Shown: positions 56,101-64,000 of the stretch, one piece after another | Layout: each line of letters opens with the position of its first letter | Position numbering within the stretch: the stretch's first letter is position 1 | Origin: Proteromonas lacertae | Taxonomy: Eukaryota | Reading direction: 5' to 3' | NCBI GenBank assembly: GCA_002245135.1 | Contig: NGBS01001162.1 | Span: forward strand, 124,001 to 188,000 | Length of the DNA: 64,000 nucleotides | Translations under genes and position numbers: made by a program | The notes under the pieces: model-generated | What the model saw: only the letters and a program-made list of their open reading frames with translations | The model's database searches: none | What the model was told of the DNA's origin: nothing

Positions 56101-58465
56101 AGATGTGATGTTTTCTAAAATAACTAATCAGTATAAAATAGAATACCAAGATTCAAGAAAAGCAGTAAATCCAATTTATTGGAACAATACTTGTTCTACT
56201 TTAATAAAGCCAATAATAGTTGGAGTTATATTCGATTTCTCTAATACTTCGTATTTATCATCACAAGTGTATTTTTCGTTAGTAAAAGAATTAATTGTAA
56301 ATCAAAATAGAATTGGAGGGATAAATGATAGACAAATTGTACCAATACTATATCCATTATATCACAATGAGAATGATACTGTAACAATTGAAGATTTGGT
56401 GAGTAATGAGAATATATCTATCATTTTAGGATGTGTTACACATTACTGTAATTATAAGATATTACCTTATTTATCATCTTCTGATAAATTGTTATTTTCA
56501 CATTTATTCTATCCAGTATCTTATGGCCAACCAAATGTAATTACGATTGGGTTGTCGGTTGAAAGAAGATTAAAAACAGCCAAAACATATTTAGATTCTA
56601 CTACATTTAAGGCATATGTGTTAATATATCATACATCTTTGAATGATCCAGATGATATATCCTATTTCAAAGAAAATGGTATTTCATTTGAAAAAGTATT
56701 TCAAATTACTCATGATAATTATACTGAAGATATTGATAAAGCATTGAATTATTTGGAAATTGAAACTAATAAAAGAGAAATAGCTTTGTTTAATTTATTA
56801 GGTGAATCATTGTTATTACAATTTGAAGAGTCATTTATACAAAGAACTATAAAAAACAACAATTTCATTCAAATCATTTTCAATTTAAATGAATATTTAT
56901 TAGGTTTTGATCTATTATCAAAAATATCTGGATCAATAGTAGTAACTACTTTTACTGAAAATTCAAATAGTCATTTAGCTACATTATTTGAAGAAATGAT
57001 AAAAACAAGATTTGGTTCAATTCGAATAACTCAAGGAATGGCTTTATTCGATGTATCAATAAAAATGTTAGTAGCAACTTATAGACAGGCAGAAAAACTA
57101 CTTACTGAAGATGGTATAGTATATGATGAAATGAATGAAGATTATATTTTTCCATTTGAATATTTAAGAAGAGCAGCTCAGATGTCCAGTTTTGAATGTA
57201 GTTGTGGAACAGTGGCAGTAACTACAAGTAATGAAGTGATTTATGGATATGAGGTTGGATATATTTCTCCAAATGGCAATATTATTTCTGTAAAGACAGA
57301 TGTTAGAGAGTTTATATTACCAAACAGAAATAGTAAAGATTGTTACTTTGGTCCTAAGATAAGAATTTATGAATTACCTGTTACTGTTACAATTCCTACA
57401 ATTGTTATAACGGCATTAATTCTAATTATGTCAGCAGTAGTGTTTGTGGTTGTGATTAAGTATAGAAAGAAACTAAAAGCTTGTAGTCCATTTTTTATCT
57501 GTTTTTATATTATATCTGCTTGTATTTCAATTCTTTTAGAAGTATTATATAACAAAATAAATGATTCTGAAATAGGATGTGAAATAGTAGTGGTATTATT
57601 GTTTATATCAATAATCAACTGTGTATCAGTTATTGTGTTTAAAACCTGGAGAATTCATGCAATTTATAATAATGTAGGAATAAAGAAAACTAAAATAACT
57701 GATATGATAGTATTATCGAAGATTAGTTATATACTAATACCTGATGCTTTAATTTGTGTAGTATTTGGATTATTTAATACTTTAGGATCAATTCAATCAA
57801 ATAAATCAATAGAAATGAGTACAACAATAGAATATGTAATATTTCAAAAATGTCAAATTAACATATACTTTTTAGTTTTTCAAATAGTCATGTTTCTATT
57901 AATAGCCTCATTGGGATTATATTATTCTTGGGGAACAAGAAAGACAAGTAAAGAATATAATGATTCTCAAGCAATGGCTATATCTCTTGGTTTACTTACT
58001 TTCTTAATTGTAGTTACAGTGATATTAGAAACAAGTCTAGATTTTGAATTGGATATAAAGTATATATTTGAAATAATTGGATCATCAGCAGTGTTATTTG
58101 TTGTATTAATGGTGTTATTTGTTCCAAAATTCTATTTGATAGTAATAAAGAAAAAAGTATTAACAATATCTACTGAAGAAAGTATTAAAAAATCAGTTAA
58201 AGCTGATATACAACCACAAATAGTGGATGGAGCGTTTCTAGTTGATTATTCTAAAGTTACACGTACATATGGCACTAAGACAGTAATATATCCTCAGCAT
58301 ACAACAATGAATACAAGATTAGGAGCAATGATTCCTGGTGCTTATGCAAGAAAGAAAGCTTTGGAAGTTGTGAAATCTTATGATCATGATGATTTTGATG
58401 GAGAAGGCGAAGTGAAAAGAAGTAGTGATGACAGTGATAGTGAAGAGAATGAAGGAAAAAAATAG
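47140..58465 (+). CDS. Receptor B: ~3688 aa class C GPCR; signal peptide + 9 tandem divergent periplasmic-binding (Venus flytrap) domains + 7TM
   Basis: GT-AG introns 47907-47936, 48455-48500, 48584-48618, 48705-48756, 49040-49095 and 54056-54095 give one 11067 nt frame. The 7TM (~57380-58150) has class C motifs LKACSPFF, FKTWRIHAIY, TRKTSKEYNDSQAMA and LFVPKFYLI. Repeats include QNRIGGINDRQIVP, LGCVTHYC and TPAGPV. Confidence 0.88.
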
Positions 58466-58610
58466 ATTATGTAGCTTTATATGTTGTGTGATTTTTTGTA
58501 TGTGTTTGTATATTGATCTTTATTCAAAAACTGTAGTTATTGTAAATGTAAAATCATTTAGAATACAATGGTTTTCAGAAAGATTTTTCATACACCAAAA
58601 ATATTAAAAA

Positions 58611-60242
58611 ATGGGTTGTGTGTTATCTTGCCTATCATATGCTCATTCGCTCTTTAGAAATTATTCCTTTTTGGACAAATATGATACAGAGATGTATAAA
58701 GATGGTACTTCAGTTGTGAATAATGAAATTGTTTTAGATAACAGTAATATAATACATAATACATACAAAAAAGACAATGATCCTATAATTATAAGGATAG
58801 ATGATGGTGATATAGAACAAGCTAATCAAAATATACAAAATTCAAAAACTCAAATAGCCAGTGTTTGTTCTAGGAAGTCAAAATCATATTTTAGTGATAC
58901 AAGTAATGATAGTAGTAGTAAAAGCCACACTAAAAGTACAAAAACAAAGAGTAGTAGTAAAGATGATTCTTCTACCGGTACTAATCCAGATTTACGTAAA
59001 AATGTAAATGAAAGAATAAAATGTGATGGATGCCATAATTATTTTCTAAAAGATGAAATTAGAAAAGTAAAAACCATGAATTTATGCAAATTATGTTGTG
59101 TATTTTACTGCTCTGATGTTTTTGATAATGAAATATATCAAGTAAATAATAATAATAGTGATTTTGATGTACTTGGTAATTTAGCTCATGAGAATGATGA
59201 TTCTATAACTAACAATGATTATATTCTTCCAAATAATAATAATAATAATAATAATAATTTAAACCCCGATAATAATAATGTAAATGTAGATGTAGATGTT
59301 AGTAATTTTGATACAAGGTTACAAAATGTAGCTGAAAGTATGAATAATGAGATTTTGCCTCCAAATGTTTCAATATTTACAAATAATGATATAAATAATG
59401 ATATAAATAATGATATAGAACTACTTACTATTCCAGAAATTAATAACAATGTAAAAGCTGAGTATGCTGAAACAATAGATCATAATTGCTTTGATATTAA
59501 AGAAGAAAAAGGAGAAGAACAAGAGTGTGCAGTTAATCGTGGTGTAAAAAGAATGAGAGAGAGACATCCAAAGAAGATTGAAATATTGAATATGGTTGAA
59601 TTTACTAGTTTAAAAGACTTATCTAATCCTAAAGAAGTTTATGATGAATTATGTGAAATAGATATGAAATGTAATAGTTGTAAAAATTCTTATAGATCGG
59701 TTGAGTTGTTTAGATATGATAAAAATTGGATATGTATAAATTGTAGAAAAGAAGTAAATATTTCTGATATATATGATTGGACATTTAAATCAAAATGTGG
59801 TGAAAAGATATGTCCAGTATGTAAAGATATAAGAGATAGATGGAAATTTTATAATAATAATTGTAAGGATGAACTAACAGATTGTATGCATTGTAGAAAT
59901 TTGAAAAGAGATCATAAAAGGCCTAAAGAGGATTATATTTTACATTCAGATCCTTCTGAAATAATTTGTTGTAATGATTGTAAAAAAGAACATGAAATAA
60001 AAGAGTGTGTGATATATAACAATGATATTATATGCAAAAAATTTGCTTTTCAACAGTTAATACCATCAAAATTACTTAATCCAATAATTAAAGAAGTTAA
60101 AGATGGAAAAAGATGTATAGTATGTAAAAGATCATTGCCTGTATCTTATATACAAGAAAAAAGTGATAAATGCTATTATTGTATAATAAAAAAAAGCGTA
60201 GCTGATCATATCAGAAATTCAAATAAAAAGAATAAAAAGTAA
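58611..60242 (+). CDS. Hypothetical protein with multiple CxxC...CxxC zinc-ribbon-like motifs and an N-terminal MGC acylation-like motif
   Basis: Intronless 543 aa ORF. CDGC..CKLC, CNSC..CINC, CPVC..CMHC, CNDC..CKKF, CIVC..CYYC; central Asn-rich tract. Confidence 0.7.
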   Translation: MGCVLSCLSYAHSLFRNYSFLDKYDTEMYKDGTSVVNNEIVLDNSNIIHNTYKKDNDPIIIRIDDGDIEQANQNIQNSKTQIASVCSRKSKSYFSDTSNDSSSKSHTKSTKTKSSSKDDSSTGTNPDLRKNVNERIKCDGCHNYFLKDEIRKVKTMNLCKLCCVFYCSDVFDNEIYQVNNNNSDFDVLGNLAHENDDSITNNDYILPNNNNNNNNNLNPDNNNVNVDVDVSNFDTRLQNVAESMNNEILPPNVSIFTNNDINNDINNDIELLTIPEINNNVKAEYAETIDHNCFDIKEEKGEEQECAVNRGVKRMRERHPKKIEILNMVEFTSLKDLSNPKEVYDELCEIDMKCNSCKNSYRSVELFRYDKNWICINCRKEVNISDIYDWTFKSKCGEKICPVCKDIRDRWKFYNNNCKDELTDCMHCRNLKRDHKRPKEDYILHSDPSEIICCNDCKKEHEIKECVIYNNDIICKKFAFQQLIPSKLLNPIIKEVKDGKRCIVCKRSLPVSYIQEKSDKCYYCIIKKSVADHIRNSNKKNKK

Positions 60243-60334
60243 ATTAATATATTTTCCTTTTGAATAACATACCCCAAACAAAACAAAAACACTTGTATTT
60301 CTCGAACTCTTTTCATATAAAATACATTATTATT

Positions 60335-60926
60335 CTAATTTCGGAGCTTTTCCTTCTTTCTGTGGAATAAAGCCAATAATGAAATATTTGCAACTTTTAC
60401 AACCTTGAATCTAACACCGGGAATATCACCAACTGAATGTCCTGATCTACCAAAACCAGCAATTAAGACTTCATCATTCTCATCAATAAAATTTAAGCAA
60501 CCATCACGTGGTACGAAAGCAGCGATTTTCTTGCTGTTTTTAATCAATTGCACTCTCACTGCTTTACGGATGGCTGAGTTAGGTTGTTTTGATTCAATAC
60601 CTATCTTTTCAACAACAATACCTTTAGCCATTGTAGCTCCTCCTAAAGCGTTAGCTTTAATTGAGGCTAAACTGTGAGTCTTCTTATATTTCTATACAAG
60701 AGTTAAAAAAGTAGTATTTAATACTTTAATACTCCATCTTTGAGATTGTCTGTGAACACGAAGTTTACGTGCAGAACGAATACCGTTAGGTTTGCTAGTA
60801 AAATATAAAATGTGTAATGTTTATTAGAAAGGTATATAAATGACAGATATGGTAGATAAGAATATATAGAGATGAATAAAAGATAGATTATATCAATCGT
60901 ATCAATATATACCCGTGACCACCCAT
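60335..60926 (-). CDS. RPS23: 40S ribosomal protein S23 (uS12)
   Basis: [25 protein letters not shown]...[22 protein letters not shown]...[14 protein letters not shown]; two GT-AG introns. Confidence 0.97.
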
Positions 60927-61045
60927 AATTAAGAGTTCAAGCAAAGAAATGCAGGCTTGTTAATATATACACATTAATACAGTATAATTTTGTATTAAAC
61001 AAATAAACAAAAAAAGCATTATAATCATTGATATTATCTAAGAAT

Positions 61046-62456
61046 TTATGTACTTGTATAAATCTTCATTGATTTATCATATGAACAAGTTAACAGAAAC
61101 ATTTGATCATCAAAGTATTGTAGAGAAACGTCTCTTATCTATAGAATATCATTTAAAAAAGCAATATTATACCGTTTGTGTATGATTGCAAATAGTAGAC
61201 AATACATTCTTTGTAGATAAAGACCATACTACAATACTATTATCATTTTGAACATTGCATAAAACATATTTACCTTCTTTATCCCAACATAGCTTTGGAT
61301 TAAAATAAATATCACAAACAGTATTATACAATCTCCACAACTATGAATAAACACAACAAATATACTATATTATTAGTTAATAATTGATAAATAATAATGG
61401 TACCTTTATCATTGATTGTTCCAAGATATTTCTGATTATATGATACTTTCATATCCAATATTGTGAATGAAACAAAAGTATCATTATTGCTATTTATTGA
61501 TACTTCTGTTACTTTGTAATCAGATTTTAAATCAATGTAATAAAGGCATTGTGCATCTCTTACACTAATTATCAAACTATTAATATTATAATAATAAAAC
61601 AAAAGAGAAATAATACTAACATTTTTTATCATTCATAAACCATTCAATAGCTTCAACATTATTATTGAAATAGAATGATTTAATTGGTTTTTCATTCTCT
61701 AAATTGTAAATATTACATATTTTATTATAAGATCCACTTGCAAATAGTTCTCCATCACTACTAAATTTAATACAAGTAATGTATTTATTATTGTCATTTG
61801 AAATGGTTCTTTTTATAACCATTTTCTTGTTTCTTTTTTCTTCATCATCAATAACATCAATGATATGTATTTTTCCATCCATACTGCTAGTTATAATAGT
61901 ATTACATTCTGTAGGTTCAACAACAACTGATAATAAAGGAGCAGATAAGAGTAATTCATTCTTGTCAAACACTAACTTTCCATCATTTATGTATAAATGT
62001 GTAAGGATTATATTTTTATCTGTTCCACCTGATACAATATAATGATAATCATTAGGAAAGAACTTACAACAAATTATATTGCTACCAGAATGATGATTAG
62101 GTAAATTAAGAAATGGTAAATCAGGATATTTGTAAGGTCCATCTTCTATATATTCTGGAGTTGGTAATAATTGTTCTTCTTTTGCAGAAATGGATTCAGG
62201 ACATTTAACTAATAAAATATTGTATTTTGATTCCAACTCTCTGTATTGATCATTCAATTCTTCAATCTAACACTTCAGTTAAATAAATAACATATACTTG
62301 TCTTGAATGAGCATATTTTAAATGTTCTATTTGTTTTTGAAGATCAGAATTAGTTGTTTCTAACAACTTGATTTTTGATAAATACCCTTGTATCATTAAT
62401 TTTACTTTTTCTGGATCTTCAGGGATATTGTCCATCATAATATCACTATTTGACAT
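61046..62456 (-). CDS. WD40-repeat protein with an N-terminal coiled coil
   Basis: IVSGGTDKNI, ITSSMDGKIHI, FSSDGELFASGSYNKICNIY, LLTCSYDKSMKIY; four GT-AG introns join the listed ORFs. Confidence 0.85.
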
Positions 62457-62515
62457 TTAATTATAAGAAGAAAAGAGATTTTTTAAAATCAAGCCAAACC
62501 TTTTTCATTTTTTTA

Positions 62516-63587
62516 ATGAAGGATTTTGCAAAAAGGAAGACACGAGGGGTTCGTATGAACCAATTAGTAGGTGAAGAGAAACAGGAAGATGATTCTTTTT
62601 GGAATCAAGAAGCATTTCAAGAAAAAGGTGATGATGATGACTTTACTTCTAGTGATGAATGTATTTTACATTCATAAAATATACAATTTGTTATAGCAAG
62701 CGATACAGATTCAGTAGATTCAGATTTTGATGATCCAGAAGTGGATGAAGTATTAGAAGTGGATGAATCAGAGGAGAAAAGGCTAAATAAAAAAGTATGT
62801 TTTGTAATATATTAAAATTTAGACAAAAAATAAATCGAAATATATAGATCCAGCCAAATTAAGAAGTCGTCCAAAACTAATGCCAAAAGAGCCAAAAGTA
62901 AAAAGACCAGCGCCTGAAGTAAATAATGTGAATAGAGTAATATCAATGAGAGCATCCACTGCTGATAAAGTAGCAATATCAAAAATAAGAAGACAATTGG
63001 ATGATGAAGAAAAAGAATTTTGTGTATATTTTTATATCTTTATTATATATATAGACACATTATCGTCGTGTAACAAAGAAGAAGAAGAGATATACGCAAA
63101 ACCAAATGATCCAAGAAGCAGTGCGTAATGAAGCAATCAATAAAAGATCATTAGAAATTATGTTAAATTATGAAGAAGCCTCAAAACAACAAGCTCCACC
63201 TATTAAAAGATTAGCAACAGAGTCTAATATTAGATATTATTCTAAGAAAGGTTATCCTACAACAATAACATTTGAGAATATGACAGAATATCCATCAATA
63301 TTTAGAGAACATAATAATATTTCGTGTATTTATATATAATATACTTTGAATTTATTGTTTTATTTTATTTAGATGTTGAGCCATTGAAGTGTGTTATAAC
63401 TGGTAAAGTTGCTCATTATCGTGATCCAGCCACTGGTGAACCTTATTATGATTTAGGTGCATATAAAGAATTAGTTAGAAGAAGAGAAGAAATGAAAAGA
63501 ATATATAGTATGAAGAATGATGAAAAGAATGTGAAAGTGAGTGGACTTGGTTTTTCTAATAGTACTTTACCTCTTGTTCCTAGTTAG
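62516..63587 (+). CDS. VPS72: Vps72/YL1 (SWR1/SRCAP complex subunit, H2A.Z chaperone)
   Basis: N-terminal KRKTRGVRMNQL...FWNQEAFQE...DSVDSDFDDPE and C-terminal YL1_C motif CVITGKVAHYRDPATGEPYY..AYKEL; about 4 introns. Confidence 0.88.
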
Positions 63588-63689
63588 AACTAAATTATTT
63601 AGTTATTTATACTTTTTTTCATTTTGTTGGTGTGTGAAAATAAAATACTTGAAACGGATATTTTTTCTTATTTTTCATTTCATTTTTTA

Positions 63690-64000
63690 ATGTATAACAC
63701 TCCATCTTTCTTACAAGAAGATCACTTAACATCTTCTTCAAACTCTCAACTTATATCTGGGAGTATGATTTTACTTAAATAATTATTATAGACGGATATC
63801 AAGATTATAGTTATAGTAACTATTATTCGCAAATTCCACTTTCAGTTCCAAATCAAGATGAAATAATTCAGCAACCAATTAAGCGAATTAGACTAGAAGA
63901 ATCAAAATCTACTTATACTGTATATATATAATTACAATAATATATAGGAACAAATTGAAAAGATTGATAGAATGAAAATAAATGATGCAATAGATGAAGG
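63690..64000 (+). CDS. 5' part of a hypothetical protein (runs off the window)
   Basis: ATG at 63690; two GTAT..TAG introns keep an open frame MYNTPSFLQED...PIKRIRLEE...EQIEKIDRMKINDAIDE. Confidence 0.55.

Noticed and set aside
59225..59415. (AAT)n and ATAAATAATGAT short repeats as a CRISPR-like or mobile repeat array
   Set aside because: Simple coding low-complexity (poly-Asn) sequence; no repeat-spacer structure.
60795..60912. Unusually long (~118 nt) first intron of RPS23 as a snoRNA host
   Set aside because: No convincing C/D (RTGATGA/CTGA) or H/ACA structure visible; longer first introns are common in ribosomal protein genes.
22140..63600. Blastocystis-style stop codons completed by polyadenylation
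   Set aside because: Every complete gene reconstructed here has a genomic stop codon. GT-rich downstream elements occur (e.g. TGTTTGTT on the - strand near 36515) but are not needed to create stops.
1..64000. Alternative genetic code (stop reassignment) as the reason for fragmented ORFs
   Set aside because: Breaks are explained by short introns; multi-kb ORFs are stop-free under the standard code, and TAA, TAG and TGA all end genes.

Overview
AT-rich, gene-dense eukaryotic (protist) genomic DNA with very short introns (mostly 25-55 nt, GTAT...TAG). Intron size and gene content suggest a Blastocystis/Opalinata-like stramenopile (inference only). Manual splicing resolves about 17 protein-coding genes. 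These are: a >5000 aa secreted or surface protein (He_PIG/PA14/discoidin-like/HRM-like repeats) running off the left edge; a ~2140 aa AbpF-like protein; two giant receptors (~3875 and ~3688 aa), each with nine tandem UrtA/AmiC-type Venus-flytrap domains fused to a class C GPCR 7TM domain; ENKD1; a PTEN/auxilin-like phosphatase-C2 protein; an Lsm10-like Sm protein missed by the ORF track; a P2X-like channel; a GT4 glycosyltransferase; a degenerate PARP; RPS23; a WD40 protein; VPS72/YL1; and several hypothetical proteins. The main candidate novel system is the pair of 9xVFT class C GPCRs, one with better-conserved binding domains and one with better-conserved signalling motifs. Three U12-type introns were also found, one AT-AC and two AT-AA. 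All family assignments come from recalled motifs, not database searches.
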